Shown: in pieces, positions 19,224 to 31,113 of the stretch
Layout: every line of letters starts with the position of its first letter
Numbering within the stretch: the stretch's first letter is position 1
Source of the DNA: Bdellovibrionota bacterium FG-1
Lineage (GTDB): Bacteria; Bdellovibrionota; UBA1018
DNA: 64,000 nt
Direction: 5' to 3'
Assembly (NCBI GenBank): GCA_051382295.1
Contig: JBBCAW010000013.1
Span: 64,001-128,000, forward strand
The notes under the pieces: generated by a model
Databases searched by the model: none
Told to the model about the DNA's origin: nothing
Seen by the model: the letters and a program-made list of their open reading frames with translations, nothing else
Made by a program: the position numbers and the translations under genes

Positions 19224-20482
19224 GAAGAGACCTCCTCGCGGAGCTTTGAACTCTCGGCCCAAAGAAGGATCCAAGCCACTGACCACATCATTTGATGCAT
19301 GACCTTGCCCTCCCAAAAATTAACTTGGGTCAAACCGTTCAGATGAAAACCGATCCACGCAAAAAGCAAACCGGATGAAAACCCCACGGAATTTCGAGAG
19401 GACACCCCGATGATTCGAAACAATAATCCACACCAAAGCAGCCAGGCCAACGCACCCAAAATTCCGGTTCCACCCATCATATCGATCAAATTATTATGTG
19501 CATGCCCGGTAAAAACGGATCCGGCATTGGGCAAGGACTCCAAGTAATAGGATGAAGCCTCGATATTGCGGCGAAAGCCAGTGCCGGTCAAAGGGCGAAG
19601 CCTTAAGAATTCAAGATTGGCCTTCCAAAGCTTCTCACGGTCACCAATACCCATCACAGCGGTGGCGCGTTGTTGAATGGAAGGAAGCTGCGCGATTCCT
19701 CCACCCAAGGCCACTAAAAGAGCGGCGGCGATGACCGCTTGTTTGCGAGGAAGTGCGTGAATCACCCAAATGAGAAGCGCCAGAGGAAGGCTTAACCACA
19801 GCATTCGTGAATAAGTCAGAAACAAAGTCGCAAAACCAAGAACGAGGCTCAAAAGTAAAAACCAGACAGGAAAAAGCCCCTTCAGGCGGGCGGGCCGCAA
19901 ACGAGCGGTCCATTGCTGAGTCACCCAATCGAGCACGGCAAAGAACGGAAAAATGAAAATGCTCGCTACCGAAAGATGATGACCTAAAAAGAGCGTCGCG
20001 TGAAAATGGGTTTCATTTTTCGGAATCGGCTGAGACCTTGGCCAGCCGACAAAGTATTGAAAAATTCCGATAGCTGAAAGCACCGTAAAAGTGATGATCC
20101 AAGTTTTGAGAACGGTCGTCCGCTCGGCTTCATCCAAGCGACGCAGTCCAAGCACGAGCAAAATCGGCCAGGCAAAGTACCAGACCTTCGCCAAATCCCA
20201 CCATTCTGGCTGCACAAAATGCCCGCCCCAACCCACCGGCCAAAACACCGCGCCCAAAAGACTGAGCGCCAGAGCCGCTACGAGCAGACCCGAAGCCCCA
20301 CAAAATCGCCGTACCCAGAATCCGCGCGCCGTCTGAACGCTGGCCTGCCAAAGTCCGCGAGGGCCGCCACATTCCCAGACGAGGGCCGCAAAGAGGATCG
20401 CCGCGCCGATACTCATCACAGCCATCGATATCAAAGTCGATGCCGCATAAAGGGCAAAGGCGAAAGTCAGACCTTTCTTCAT
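19220..20482 (-). CDS. O-antigen ligase (Wzy_C/WaaL-like) family protein
   Basis: Multi-TM; TYSR, R..LW, PLTGTG and HAHN motifs. Confidence 0.88.
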   Translation of the reverse strand: MKKGLTFAFALYAASTLISMAVMSIGAAILFAALVWECGGPRGLWQASVQTARGFWVRRFCGASGLLVAALALSLLGAVFWPVGWGGHFVQPEWWDLAKVWYFAWPILLVLGLRRLDEAERTTVLKTWIITFTVLSAIGIFQYFVGWPRSQPIPKNETHFHATLFLGHHLSVASIFIFPFFAVLDWVTQQWTARLRPARLKGLFPVWFLLLSLVLGFATLFLTYSRMLWLSLPLALLIWVIHALPRKQAVIAAALLVALGGGIAQLPSIQQRATAVMGIGDREKLWKANLEFLRLRPLTGTGFRRNIEASSYYLESLPNAGSVFTGHAHNNLIDMMGGTGILGALAWLLWCGLLFRIIGVSSRNSVGFSSGLLFAWIGFHLNGLTQVNFWEGKVMHQMMWSVAWILLWAESSKLREEVSS

Positions 20483-20800
20483 GAGGAGACTATGCCTTTG
20501 GGTATTGCAACCGAACAAGGGTAAAAGCAAAGACCACTATCGCAGCGGCGGTAATTTTTGATAACTATCTGAATTTTATAACAAAAACGACAACCCAAAG
20601 CCCCGTTTTGGCCATCACCTGCCGAGCAAAAGCCCGAGCGCCCCGGTTACAATTCGGCATCGCGACATCACGTCAGGAAAGTATGAGTAGAGTATGGGTG
20701 AAATATCTTGGGTTCGAGCGAAGTCGCCAGTAATTTGACACGCTTTGAAAGTAAGAACACAAATTCAAAAATTTTCGATTTTATTCCGATCAGTTACCAG

Positions 20801-21235
20801 ATGGCGTTGCCAATATTTAAGACGCGGCAAAAAACTTGGCTTTTAGGCCTTTTCATTCTTGCTCTCAAAATTCTTGAAAGCGGGAGTAACTCTCTTTGCC
20901 AAGCCGCCCCCCCTGTCTTTCCACAGGGCCCCGAAGGCTTCCGAATCGGAATGGAAATGGAATTTCTTCCGGAATCCTTTGCGCTTCTCACCCCGTACTT
21001 TGACTTCGACCGACTTCAAAAAGAGCAAGGAAAAGAGATCACGGAATGGTTGCCCAATGCCTTTTGTGAGGACTACCTCAAAAATTCCCCTCAAGCTCTG
21101 GCCGACCTGCCTGCACCGCTTCGGGCCAAATTAACTCAAGGACTGCAGCTCGATTCCATCATCGTGCATGAAAAGCCTATACCTTTATCAACCGGATGCC
21201 TACGGAAAGGGGCTCATCGGTGTCATCAGCAATGA
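20801..21235 (+). CDS. Hypothetical exported protein, possibly an N-terminal fragment
   Basis: Signal-like N-terminus and RIGMEMEF motif; overlaps the next ORF by 68 nt in another frame. Confidence 0.45.
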   Translation: MALPIFKTRQKTWLLGLFILALKILESGSNSLCQAAPPVFPQGPEGFRIGMEMEFLPESFALLTPYFDFDRLQKEQGKEITEWLPNAFCEDYLKNSPQALADLPAPLRAKLTQGLQLDSIIVHEKPIPLSTGCLRKGAHRCHQQ

Positions 21236-22151
21236 TCGCATCGAAGCGAGAGCTCACCACTTAGCATTAAAAGAGGAATTAGAATTTAACATCAAAGCCC
21301 TCTCCCTTGATGAAGACAAAGCCCTTCAGATGATCGATTCTGAGATCAAACATCTCCTGTCGGACTACGTCGTAGACAAAATCGCCGAACTCAAGGTGAG
21401 TTATTTGGTCGACTTTGTCCCCCTCATGAACCACGAACAACTTCGGCGAATTGAGCCAAAGCTCGAACTACTCGACTACCTAAGTAAACTTTCCAGTGGA
21501 AAGGTGCCCAAAGACTTCTGGACCCGTGCTCCCGAATTAATGACCAACTCAGATTCGAGTGTTGGAGAAAAAATTTCTTATTTTTTAAAAAACCAAAACT
21601 CCTGGCCTAACGAATTTTGGGACCACATCCAAAAACTGCTCATGCACCCCAACCCCTCATTTCAAAAAATAGCCTGTTTAGCACTCCAGGGAAATGCGCC
21701 CTGGCCTGAAGAGATCTGGCGCCAAGTTCACGCACTCCTGAAAAGCCCTAATCAAAATTTGAGGAAAAATCTCATCGTTGCCATGAGGGGTCAGTCACAG
21801 CTGCCTGATTTCATTTGGAATGAGCTTCCAAATGTCATGACCTCCAAGCCAGAAGTTCAAGAAGCACTCCTCGTCTTGTTAAAAAAACATGCGCAATGGC
21901 CAGAGCCCGTGTGGGAAATTCTTCCGACTTTAATATCGAAGGCCGACCGCTGGGTCCTTCACTCGATCTTCACTGCCCTTCAAACCCAATCCCACGGCTC
22001 CGAGGATTTTCGGGCTAAATTTCTGTCATTAATGGCAAAACTCCCTGAGAAGACCCGAGACAAAATCCCCGAAAATCTCCGTCTTCAACTCCTGCAACAC
22101 CACGGAGGCTGCCTCTCCCAAGTCAACGCGCTTTTACCGCCGCTGCGATAG
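21168..22151 (+). CDS. HEAT-like alpha-helical repeat protein
   Basis: About five ~33-aa repeats of type (W)PxxxW...L. Confidence 0.65.
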   Translation: MKSLYLYQPDAYGKGLIGVISNDRIEARAHHLALKEELEFNIKALSLDEDKALQMIDSEIKHLLSDYVVDKIAELKVSYLVDFVPLMNHEQLRRIEPKLELLDYLSKLSSGKVPKDFWTRAPELMTNSDSSVGEKISYFLKNQNSWPNEFWDHIQKLLMHPNPSFQKIACLALQGNAPWPEEIWRQVHALLKSPNQNLRKNLIVAMRGQSQLPDFIWNELPNVMTSKPEVQEALLVLLKKHAQWPEPVWEILPTLISKADRWVLHSIFTALQTQSHGSEDFRAKFLSLMAKLPEKTRDKIPENLRLQLLQHHGGCLSQVNALLPPLR

Positions 22152-22997
22152 CACCGCCCCCTGCTTCAAAATCCCCACCCGCGCGAGCGCAAAATCATAC
22201 CGAACCGGATCCAGAGGATCATAAATTTTGAGGGCGGCTGTGACTTCCAAAGCCGCTAACCATCCCAAGCTCTTACGCTCGGTCAACCTGAGCTGCTGAC
22301 TGATTCGACCGGTATGAGTATCTAAAGGGATCACCAATTGCGAAGACCGCACAAAACGCCCCCCCGTAAAAGTGTGAGCCAGAGGCCCCCCCTCGGTCCA
22401 CAACCCTGGATCAATGCCATCTTTGCGCCCCATCCATCGTAACAACATGCACCAACGCTTGCAGCAACTCCCATCACGCGGCGCGGTTAGCAAATAGCCA
22501 AAGGAGCTAGCAGCCACTTGAGTGTCTAGTTTCACAGCCCATTTACGCCAATGATCCATCAAACTATCCAGTGCAACCGTAATATCCGAAGCGCCGGGTT
22601 CTAAACCCAACACAAACTGCGCCCCCAGCGATCCATGAGTGCGCCAGCTTTGTTCCAAAAGCCTGAACAAAAGCACCAAATCCTCGCCGCGATTAAATCG
22701 GTGAACAAAGCCGACAAACTCGCTCTTTGCATGCCGCACCCCAGCAGCAGTACCCAACCTCTTCACAAAGGCCGATGGAGAATCCGTCCCCATCCTGTTC
22801 AGAGCATCCTGCACCGAGCGTTTGATCTGTTTGACATTTCCATAGGCTAAAAGAGCCGCTAGAACCGCTACAGCCTCCTGATCCCAGGGATCTGAATAGT
22901 GATGAACAAACTCAAGTGGATCACTCGGAAGATAAGCTTCTCGGTGGAATTGTTCCTGAACGGAATTCAATAATTCAGGCAAGGACAGTCTCGGCAT
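22134..22997 (-). CDS. TIGR02757/DUF2400 family protein
   Basis: LAYGNV, SCCKR.CM.LRWM.R.D.ID.GLW, IPLDTH and DPVRYDFAL motifs. Confidence 0.88.
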   Translation of the reverse strand: MPRLSLPELLNSVQEQFHREAYLPSDPLEFVHHYSDPWDQEAVAVLAALLAYGNVKQIKRSVQDALNRMGTDSPSAFVKRLGTAAGVRHAKSEFVGFVHRFNRGEDLVLLFRLLEQSWRTHGSLGAQFVLGLEPGASDITVALDSLMDHWRKWAVKLDTQVAASSFGYLLTAPRDGSCCKRWCMLLRWMGRKDGIDPGLWTEGGPLAHTFTGGRFVRSSQLVIPLDTHTGRISQQLRLTERKSLGWLAALEVTAALKIYDPLDPVRYDFALARVGILKQGAVLSQRR

Positions 22998-23105
22998 GGG
23001 TGCCTCATACCAAAATAAGCTCCACTTCGCCCAATTGCTTTACAAGGAATTCACTAGACTGGTAAACCCTCCCAAAGACCCCTTTCTGAGGAGACTCCCC
23101 GCGCT

Positions 23106-26100
23106 ATGAGAACCGACATTCGCAAGATCCTACTCATCGGCAGCGGCCCCATTGTCATCGGTCAAGCGTGCGAGTTCGACTACTCCGGCACGCAAGCACT
23201 CAAGGCTCTTAAAGAAGAGGGTTATCAAGTCGTTCTGGTCAACTCCAACCCCGCAACCATCATGACCGATCCGGAACTCTCGGACCGGGTTTACGTCGAA
23301 CCGCTGACTCCCGAATTTTTAGAACGAATCATCGCAAAAGAACGTCCCGATGCTCTGCTGCCCACGATGGGCGGCCAAACCGCGTTGAATCTAACGATGG
23401 CGCTCCACAAGTCAGGGGTCCTCGCCAAATACCATGTCGAACTTCTCGGCGCTTCGCCCGAAGCAATCCACAAGGCCGAAGACCGCGAAACCTTCAAGGC
23501 CACGATGTCTGCCATCGGCGTCGATAGCGCCAGGAGCGCAGTCGCGCGCAGCCTGGATGACGCTCGTCGCATCATCCAGGAACTTGGGCTTCCACTCATC
23601 CTACGTCCGTCTTTTACCCTGGGTGGCGAAGGCGGAGGGACCGCCCACACTGAAGAGGAGTTTTTAGAAAAAGTCGAACGAGCGCTTTTCCTTTCGCCCA
23701 CCGGCGATGTTTTAGTCGAGGAAAGCCTGATCGGCTGGAAGGAATTCGAACTCGAAGTCGTGCGCGATCGCAATGACAACGTCATCATTGTTTGCTCGAT
23801 CGAAAACTTTGACCCTATGGGAGTGCACACCGGAGACTCGATTACGGTTGCCCCCGCTCAAACACTCACCGATCGCGAGTACCAACATCTCCGGGACCTG
23901 TCGATCCGGATCATCCGCGCGATTGGCGTCGAAACCGGTGGCTCCAACATCCAGTTTGCGGTCAACCCCAAAGACGGCCGAGTCATCGTCATTGAAATGA
24001 ATCCGCGAGTCTCGCGCTCATCAGCACTCGCCTCAAAAGCCACCGGTTTTCCAATCGCACGAGTCGCAGCCAAGCTCGCCGTTGGTTACACGTTAGACCA
24101 ACTCACCAATGACATCACCGGCACCACCCCTTGTTCGTTCGAACCTTCGTTGGACTATGTGGTCACCAAAATTCCGCGCTTTGACTTTGAAAAATTTCGA
24201 CCCACTGAGCCTTTTTTGAGCACACAAATGAAGTCCGTCGGCGAAGTCATGGCCATTGGCCGCACTTTTGAAGAATCACTGGGCAAAGCCCTCGCGGGCC
24301 TTGAAACTGATTCGCCTTGGTTCATGCCCCTCGAAAAACAAAAAGGCCTTCCCCCGGCCCCAGCAGGCTGGATCAAGGGACCACGATGGGACTTAATCGA
24401 AAACCCACACTCACGACGAATTCTCGCCATCGGCGATGCCCTTCGCCAAGGAACCACTCCTGAAGAAATTGCCCGGCGTTCTCATATTGATCTTTGGTTT
24501 CTCCAAAGAATCGCGCTGCTCTTGGATGGTGAAAAGCTCCTAAAATCCCAACCCTGGCCGCTTCCGGCAAAAGAACTCCGGGGTCTCAAGGAGCGCGGGT
24601 GGACTGACCGGGGCATCTCGGGGGTCCTCGGGATTCCAGAGGATCAGATTCGGATCGCGCGCGAAAAATTAGACATTCACGCCGCCTTTCATTCGGTGGA
24701 TACTTGCGCCGCTGAATTTGAGGCAAAAACGCCCTATCTCTATAGTAGTTACCGGGGAAAAGACGAATCTAAAGTTTCCTCTCGCCCTAAGGTCATGATT
24801 TTGGGAGGGGGCCCCAATCGCATCGGACAGGGAATTGAATTCGACTACTGCTGCGTTCATGCCTCCATGGCCTTGCGCGCGATTGGATTCGAAACCATCA
24901 TGGTCAACTCAAACCCTGAAACGGTAAGCACGGATTTTGATATTTCCGATAAGCTTTATTTTGAGCCTCTCACTCCCGAACATGTCCTCAATATCGCACG
25001 AGTCGAAAAACCTCTCGGCGTGATCGTCCAGTTTGGCGGCCAAACCCCGCTAAAAATCGCCAAAGCGCTCGAGCAAGGTGGGCTCCGCGTTCTAGGCACT
25101 ACCACCGAAAGTATCGACCAAGCCGAAAATCGTGGCAAATGCGAAGAACTCGTTCGTTCCTTGCGACCTCTTGGTCTTGAACAACCGGATGCCGCGACTG
25201 CCTTTACCATTGACGAAGCCGTCGAGCGAGCCAATCAACTCGGTTATCCTGTTTTAGTGCGACCTTCTTATGTGCTCGGCGGAAAAGGCATGAAGATTGT
25301 CCACAGCGAGACTTCGCTCAGAGAATGGATCGAAGAAGCCATTCATGTCAGCGACACACACCCCGTCCTCATTGATCGCTTTTTAAATAAAGCCACCGAG
25401 GTCGACGTAGACGCCATCAGTGATGGCCACGAATGCTTTATCGGCGGTTTGATGGAGCATATCGAGGAAGCGGGAATTCACTCGGGCGACAGCGCCTGCT
25501 CACTTCCCGTCGCGACCCTTTCGGTGAGTATCTGTGATCGAATCCGGACCTACACGCGCGAACTCGCTAAACGCCTCAAAGTGGTTGGCCTCATGAACGC
25601 CCAGTTTGCGATTCAAGGGGACCGAATTTTCCTTTTAGAAGTGAACCCTCGTGCTTCGCGAACCGTGCCCTTCATCAGCAAAGCCGTAGGCAAGCCCCTG
25701 GCCAAAATCGCCGCGCAGGTCATGCTCGGCAAATCTTTGCAAGAACTCGGCATTCAAGAAGACCTTGACCTAGGCCTCACGACTTTTAACGTGAAAGCCC
25801 CGGTTTTTCCTTTCAATAAATTTCCAGGTGTTGATGTTCTCTTGGGACCCGAAATGAAATCCACCGGTGAAGTCATGGGGCGAGGGCGAACCTTTGCGGG
25901 CGCTTATGCAAAGGCGCTGGCGGCAGCAGGCATGACTTTGCCCTCAAGTGGAAATGCCTTTTTATCGATTCGCGACGAAGACAAGGCTGAAATTTTGATG
26001 ATCGCCCAAGGATTAAAAGACCTGGGCTTTGAACTTTGGGGCACACACGGCACGGCGTCGTTTCTGAATAGTTATGATTTGGGGTGCACGCCGATCAATA

Positions 26101-26327
26101 AAGTCCGAGATGGATCCCCCCATTGCGTCGATGCCATTCGCGAAGGCCGTTTTGCCCTAGTTATCAACACCACGTCCAACGAAGGCGCAATCAAGGACAG
26201 CTTCTCTATCCGACGGGCCGCGCTTGAACGGAAGGTACCTTATAGCACCGTGACTTCTTCAGCCCGCGCCATGCTCGAGGGCATCAAAGAGCTACGCAAA
26301 GGCCCCCTTGAGATCCTTCCGTTATGA
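23106..26327 (+). CDS. carB: Carbamoyl-phosphate synthase large subunit
   Basis: [35 protein letters not shown], duplicated ATP-grasp domains and MGS tail. Confidence 0.99.
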   Translation: MRTDIRKILLIGSGPIVIGQACEFDYSGTQALKALKEEGYQVVLVNSNPATIMTDPELSDRVYVEPLTPEFLERIIAKERPDALLPTMGGQTALNLTMALHKSGVLAKYHVELLGASPEAIHKAEDRETFKATMSAIGVDSARSAVARSLDDARRIIQELGLPLILRPSFTLGGEGGGTAHTEEEFLEKVERALFLSPTGDVLVEESLIGWKEFELEVVRDRNDNVIIVCSIENFDPMGVHTGDSITVAPAQTLTDREYQHLRDLSIRIIRAIGVETGGSNIQFAVNPKDGRVIVIEMNPRVSRSSALASKATGFPIARVAAKLAVGYTLDQLTNDITGTTPCSFEPSLDYVVTKIPRFDFEKFRPTEPFLSTQMKSVGEVMAIGRTFEESLGKALAGLETDSPWFMPLEKQKGLPPAPAGWIKGPRWDLIENPHSRRILAIGDALRQGTTPEEIARRSHIDLWFLQRIALLLDGEKLLKSQPWPLPAKELRGLKERGWTDRGISGVLGIPEDQIRIAREKLDIHAAFHSVDTCAAEFEAKTPYLYSSYRGKDESKVSSRPKVMILGGGPNRIGQGIEFDYCCVHASMALRAIGFETIMVNSNPETVSTDFDISDKLYFEPLTPEHVLNIARVEKPLGVIVQFGGQTPLKIAKALEQGGLRVLGTTTESIDQAENRGKCEELVRSLRPLGLEQPDAATAFTIDEAVERANQLGYPVLVRPSYVLGGKGMKIVHSETSLREWIEEAIHVSDTHPVLIDRFLNKATEVDVDAISDGHECFIGGLMEHIEEAGIHSGDSACSLPVATLSVSICDRIRTYTRELAKRLKVVGLMNAQFAIQGDRIFLLEVNPRASRTVPFISKAVGKPLAKIAAQVMLGKSLQELGIQEDLDLGLTTFNVKAPVFPFNKFPGVDVLLGPEMKSTGEVMGRGRTFAGAYAKALAAAGMTLPSSGNAFLSIRDEDKAEILMIAQGLKDLGFELWGTHGTASFLNSYDLGCTPINKVRDGSPHCVDAIREGRFALVINTTSNEGAIKDSFSIRRAALERKVPYSTVTSSARAMLEGIKELRKGPLEILPL

Positions 26328-27532
26328 TGGGATTTCTTGGCTTCTCACTGGTCAGTTTCATCGCGTTAGTTCGGCTTTTGACACAAAATGTGCCCGGCCA
26401 TTACCGGGTTTTTACGGGTGCCGGCCACGCCATTTGGAATGGCATCAATCCCTATGCTTCCGATTTTGGAACGGGAGTAGGCTATTTTTTTTACTCTCCC
26501 TTTTGCGCGATGACTGTCTTTGGCCCCCTCTCGGTCCTTCCCGAAAAACTCGGCATGGCGATGTACATGCTCATTTCATGGGGCTTTTTTGTCTGGGGCG
26601 TCACCGCTTTTTGGAAAAGATGGGCGCAACCGTCCCACAACCGTTGGCTGCAATGGTTTTGGATCGCAATCGCGCCCCAAATGTTTGGCGGCATCCTCGC
26701 CAGCAAACTAGAAATCATCATTGCCGGACTTCTACTGCTCGCCCTGGCTTGGCTGTATGAGACCCCGAGAAAAACCTGGGCCGCGTGCACTCTGCTAGCG
26801 ATGACCCTCAATTGGAAATTTCAGTCCATCCCAATAGTTGGACTCCTCTCGTTAGCCATGTGGATCATTCGCCGAGATTGGCGAACTCCCGTCCGAATGG
26901 GAGCGATGATTATTGGGCTTTTTCTTTTACCGTTTGCCTTTTTTTCATCCGAGTTTTTGTTTCATGCCCAACAGACGTGGCAATCGAGCCTTTCACGTTT
27001 TGTGGGCGAGGCCTACCTGAATTACGAAAATCTGTTCACCTTCTTACATCAAGGCTTTGGCCTTCCTTTTACCTTCAAAATGACCCAAGTCCTCACCGGA
27101 GTGACGGGTGTCGCCTTTGCCGGCACCTTAGTCGTTTGGCTTCGGACCGTGTCAAAACGCCGGTTCACCCAAGAACAACAGATCCGAGGCGCAATCCTCT
27201 TGGTCACAGCCCTAGGATCCGCCTTCATGACAGCGTTTTCTCCGCTGGGGCAAAACAATGCGTTGATCTTGTATGCTCCACTTTTGCTCATTGGATTTAT
27301 TTTAGGCGCTGATTTGCAGTCCGGGAAAAAAGGTTGGGTCGGGGTCTTAGTCCTGACTTTTGTGGGGATGACGCTACTCTATTCCGACTTAGTACCTTTA
27401 CCCCTCCGAAATGAATTCCGAAACCTTTCCCTCAAGCCGGTTTTTTGCTTGGGCTTGGGAATCGCCATTGTGATCCAAACTTTTTTATTCGCAAAACAAG
27501 GACAAAGAGGGCCAAATCATGTCGCAACCTGA
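26324..27532 (+). CDS. GT-C fold membrane glycosyltransferase (GT87/DUF2029-like)
   Basis: G.NPY..FFYSP motif; multi-TM. Confidence 0.7.
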   Translation: MMGFLGFSLVSFIALVRLLTQNVPGHYRVFTGAGHAIWNGINPYASDFGTGVGYFFYSPFCAMTVFGPLSVLPEKLGMAMYMLISWGFFVWGVTAFWKRWAQPSHNRWLQWFWIAIAPQMFGGILASKLEIIIAGLLLLALAWLYETPRKTWAACTLLAMTLNWKFQSIPIVGLLSLAMWIIRRDWRTPVRMGAMIIGLFLLPFAFFSSEFLFHAQQTWQSSLSRFVGEAYLNYENLFTFLHQGFGLPFTFKMTQVLTGVTGVAFAGTLVVWLRTVSKRRFTQEQQIRGAILLVTALGSAFMTAFSPLGQNNALILYAPLLLIGFILGADLQSGKKGWVGVLVLTFVGMTLLYSDLVPLPLRNEFRNLSLKPVFCLGLGIAIVIQTFLFAKQGQRGPNHVAT

Positions 27533-27824
27533 AACGACGACTGGTCATTGTTGGAAATGTGGACAAGCGCTCACGTTACTGGATTATGGCCGGCAGGACA
27601 GCTGCCGAAAATGCGGCTTAGATACCCGGGTTTGTAAGAACTGCATTCATTACGATCTTGACTACAATAATCATTGCCGGGAAAACCAAGCGGACCGTGT
27701 CGTTGAAAAAGAACGCGCCAATTTTTGCGATTATTTTAAGCCGAAAGCTGGCGGTGGTGCGAATGCCCCCACTCGGGATCACCTCAAGGCTGCGGCCGAT
27801 GCCCTCTTCAAAAAGGGAACCTAA
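27519..27824 (+). CDS. Small Cys-rich putative metal-binding protein
   Basis: CWKC, CRKC, CKNC and C...ANFCDYF. Confidence 0.8.
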   Translation: MSQPETTTGHCWKCGQALTLLDYGRQDSCRKCGLDTRVCKNCIHYDLDYNNHCRENQADRVVEKERANFCDYFKPKAGGGANAPTRDHLKAAADALFKKGT

Positions 27825-27827
27825 TTT

Positions 27828-28511
27828 ATGCCTCTCGTAGAAACCCGAAATATCAAAAAGTCCTACACCCGTGGCCATCAAGCGGTGGACGCTCTAAAAG
27901 GTGTTTCCCTCAGTATTGATCAAGGTCAGTTTGTTTCTATTATGGGACCGAGCGGTTCCGGCAAAAGCACGCTGATGCATATCATCGGTGGCCTGGATCG
28001 GCCCACCTCCGGTCAGGTGATTCTTTCTGGGCAGGGGATCGAGTCCTACTCCGATGACGAGCTTTCGGCCTTTCGGCGGCGAAGGCTCGGATTTATTTTT
28101 CAATTTTTTAACTTGCTCCCCACTCTCAGCGCCCTCGAAAACGTCGCGTTACCCTTGCTCCTCGACGGCAAGCCCATGCGTGAAATCGCACCGAAAGCCA
28201 CTGAATTACTGACCCTGATCGGCCTAAAAAATCGCATTGATCATCGCCCTGATCAGCTTTCAGGTGGCGAAATGCAACGCGTGGCGATTGCCCGCGCTTT
28301 GGTGACTGATCCCCTTTTGATTTTGGCTGACGAACCCACGGGCAATCTCGACACCAAAACGGGCACCACAGTGTTGGAACTCCTCGCACAAATGGCCAAG
28401 GAACGGGGCCACACCATTTTGATGGTCACTCACGATCCTAAAGCGGCGTCCTTTGGAAATCGTCTGATCACTTTACGCGATGGCCTGATCGAGTCTGATG
28501 GTGCGATATGA
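27828..28511 (+). CDS. ABC transporter ATPase (LolD/MacB-type)
   Basis: [17 protein letters not shown] and DEPTGNLD motifs. Confidence 0.95.
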   Translation: MPLVETRNIKKSYTRGHQAVDALKGVSLSIDQGQFVSIMGPSGSGKSTLMHIIGGLDRPTSGQVILSGQGIESYSDDELSAFRRRRLGFIFQFFNLLPTLSALENVALPLLLDGKPMREIAPKATELLTLIGLKNRIDHRPDQLSGGEMQRVAIARALVTDPLLILADEPTGNLDTKTGTTVLELLAQMAKERGHTILMVTHDPKAASFGNRLITLRDGLIESDGAI

Positions 28512-31108
28512 ACCGCAATCTGTTCCAATACGTCGGTCTCAGGCATCTCAAAATGAAGCCGACTCGAACCATCTTAACGACCATTGGAGTTTCGCTCGGA
28601 ATCGCCCTTTATGTTGGAATCGCCATTATCAATCGCTCCACGTTGCATTCTTTCAAGGAGAGCATTGAAGCCGTCGCCGGCAAGGCGACTTTAATCGTGT
28701 CGGCGGGTGAAGCCGGCTTTCCTGAGTATCGCCTTGACCTGATCAAAAAGGTCCCTGGCGTCAAGTACGCAGTACCCATGGTCGAATCCCGCGCTTATTT
28801 TGCGGGCAACAAGGACTCCAGTGAAACCATCACCATTTTGGGCGTGGACTTACTCCAGGAACAAGCCGTTCGAACCTACAAAACCACTGACGAACAAGTC
28901 ATCGATGACCCTCTCGTATTCTTGAACCAACCTGACAGCATCATCATTACTCGCGCTTTTGCGGCCCAACATCACTTCAAGATCGACTCGACTTTTGCAT
29001 TAGCTACGGCTCATGGCACAAAACGATTTACCGTTCGAGGCATGCTCTCGCCCGAGGGGCCTGCCAAGGCCTATGGCGGTGCCATTGCGATCATGGACAT
29101 CGATGGTGCTCGTATGACGTTCGGCAAGGAAGGCAAGATTGATCGCGTCGACGTCGTCACGGTCGCGGGCGAGGACATCGATCAAGTCGCCCAACGGATC
29201 AACCACGCCGTCGGTAGCGGCTACCGCGCCGAACGTCCCGAAACGCAAAATGAAAACATGGAAAGAATGGTCAAAACCTATCAGGTGATGCTGACCTTTT
29301 TCAGCACGCTTGCGTTGCTTGTGGGCTTATTTTTAGTCACCAATTCCGTGAGCATCGCCGTAGCTGAGCGAAAACGTGAAATCGGCACTTTGCGCGCGCT
29401 CGGCGCGACTCGTGGAGGAATTCTCACCCTCTTTCTCTCCGAAGCCGTCGTCATGGGCGCGATGGGCGCTTTTGTGGGGGCCTGGCTTGGGCGGGGTTTG
29501 GCCGCCGTTTTGCTCAGCTTGGTGACCCGCTCGATGTCGTCTCAATACCTCACGCGCATTGATGTCTCGACCCTCCTCTTCGGGCCTGGCGAGGTTTTGC
29601 GTGCTGTCGCTCTGGGTGCAACGGCGGCCTTTCTGGCCGCGCTGTTTCCGGCCTGGCGAGCAACCACGATTGACCCTCTCGAAGCCATGCGCCACCACGA
29701 GGTCGGCGAAAATGCCAACCAACAGGGCTTTTTTCGATACTCACCCTGGATCGGTGTGGGCCTGTTATCTTTCATGGGTTTAGCAACATGGGCCGGCCTT
29801 CCAGTGCGTTTTCAATGGATCGACACCCTTTGCCAGATCTGCGCGATACTGGGATCCGCGTTGCTCGGCCCGACTTTGGTGGTTTTTCTCATTCGCTTGA
29901 TGCGACCCTTGGTTCTACGAATGGGCGGCACGATTTCGCGCCTCGCCCAAGACAATCTGCTGCGCAATCCCAGACGCACCGGAAGCAATGTCATGAGCTT
30001 AATGGTAGGACTCATGCTGACCATCATGATCGCGATCGTCAATGTGAGCTTCCGCATGACCATCACCGATTGGTTCAACCGTATTCTTCGGGCGGATTTA
30101 TTTGTTTCGTCCACGGGACGTCTGATTTCCTATCAAACCCAACCTCAACATGAAGACCTCGGGCCTGAACTTGAAAAAATTCCAGGCATAAAAATGACCA
30201 ACGGAAAGGGCGCCTACGGAATTCGTTTTATCCACGTCACCTATGAGGGACGGCAGCTCGGGATGAAGGCGTGGGATGAACCTGATCCCGCGGCAAATTA
30301 TTCTATTCTCGATGTGCAAGATCGAACGCCGTTCCAAGCAGGGCGGGACCTTTATCATTCGCCGGACCCTACTGTTTTAGTTTCTGAAAACTTTGTACTT
30401 CATTTCAAAAAGAAAACCGGAGACAGCCTCGACTTAGACACCCCTTCGGGACGAAGTTCATTTCGAATCGTGGGGGTCGTCGTGGATTTTGCAGGACCGG
30501 AGGGTATTCTCTATATCGATCGGCAGCTTTATCGCCGAATCTGGCATGATCCCTTGGTCAGCGCTTTTGGACTCAATCTTGCGCCCGGCGCTGATCTAAG
30601 TACGGTTCGACAGGAGATCGATCGTCAATTTGGGCGGGCAAGAAATATTTCAGTCACCTCCAACGCCGAACTGCGCGACCAAATGGTCAGTGTGATCGAT
30701 CAAAGCTTTGCCTATACCCGCGCTATCGAAGGTGCCGCGCTTTTAGTCGGACTTTTAGGCCTCCTCAATACATTGCTGATTAGCGTCATGGAGCGGATGC
30801 GCGAATTAGGAATGCTGCGCGCCGTCGGAATGTCTCGTAGCCAAGTATCCAAAATGATCCTCCAAGAAGCCCTGGTGCAAGGGGCCTTAGGTGCGGTGGC
30901 CGCGGTTGTTTTAGGGAGTGGAATCGCCTACCTGTGGATTAAGTACAGTTTAGCCCACGTTTTGGGTTGGATGATTCATTTTTACTTTCCATGGCTCGCT
31001 GTCGGAGGCACCGTTTTAGTCGGAACGGCTGTTGCTTTATTTGCCGGCTTCTTTCCAGCTAGGCGAGCTTCCCTTCTTGAGATTTGCGAAGCTTTAGAAT
31101 ACGAATAG
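28508..31108 (+). CDS. FtsX/MacB-like double ABC permease
   Basis: Two ER.RE.G.LRA.G FtsX motifs; 866 aa. Confidence 0.92.
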   Translation: MNRNLFQYVGLRHLKMKPTRTILTTIGVSLGIALYVGIAIINRSTLHSFKESIEAVAGKATLIVSAGEAGFPEYRLDLIKKVPGVKYAVPMVESRAYFAGNKDSSETITILGVDLLQEQAVRTYKTTDEQVIDDPLVFLNQPDSIIITRAFAAQHHFKIDSTFALATAHGTKRFTVRGMLSPEGPAKAYGGAIAIMDIDGARMTFGKEGKIDRVDVVTVAGEDIDQVAQRINHAVGSGYRAERPETQNENMERMVKTYQVMLTFFSTLALLVGLFLVTNSVSIAVAERKREIGTLRALGATRGGILTLFLSEAVVMGAMGAFVGAWLGRGLAAVLLSLVTRSMSSQYLTRIDVSTLLFGPGEVLRAVALGATAAFLAALFPAWRATTIDPLEAMRHHEVGENANQQGFFRYSPWIGVGLLSFMGLATWAGLPVRFQWIDTLCQICAILGSALLGPTLVVFLIRLMRPLVLRMGGTISRLAQDNLLRNPRRTGSNVMSLMVGLMLTIMIAIVNVSFRMTITDWFNRILRADLFVSSTGRLISYQTQPQHEDLGPELEKIPGIKMTNGKGAYGIRFIHVTYEGRQLGMKAWDEPDPAANYSILDVQDRTPFQAGRDLYHSPDPTVLVSENFVLHFKKKTGDSLDLDTPSGRSSFRIVGVVVDFAGPEGILYIDRQLYRRIWHDPLVSAFGLNLAPGADLSTVRQEIDRQFGRARNISVTSNAELRDQMVSVIDQSFAYTRAIEGAALLVGLLGLLNTLLISVMERMRELGMLRAVGMSRSQVSKMILQEALVQGALGAVAAVVLGSGIAYLWIKYSLAHVLGWMIHFYFPWLAVGGTVLVGTAVALFAGFFPARRASLLEICEALEYE

Positions 31109-31113
31109 CCCCC

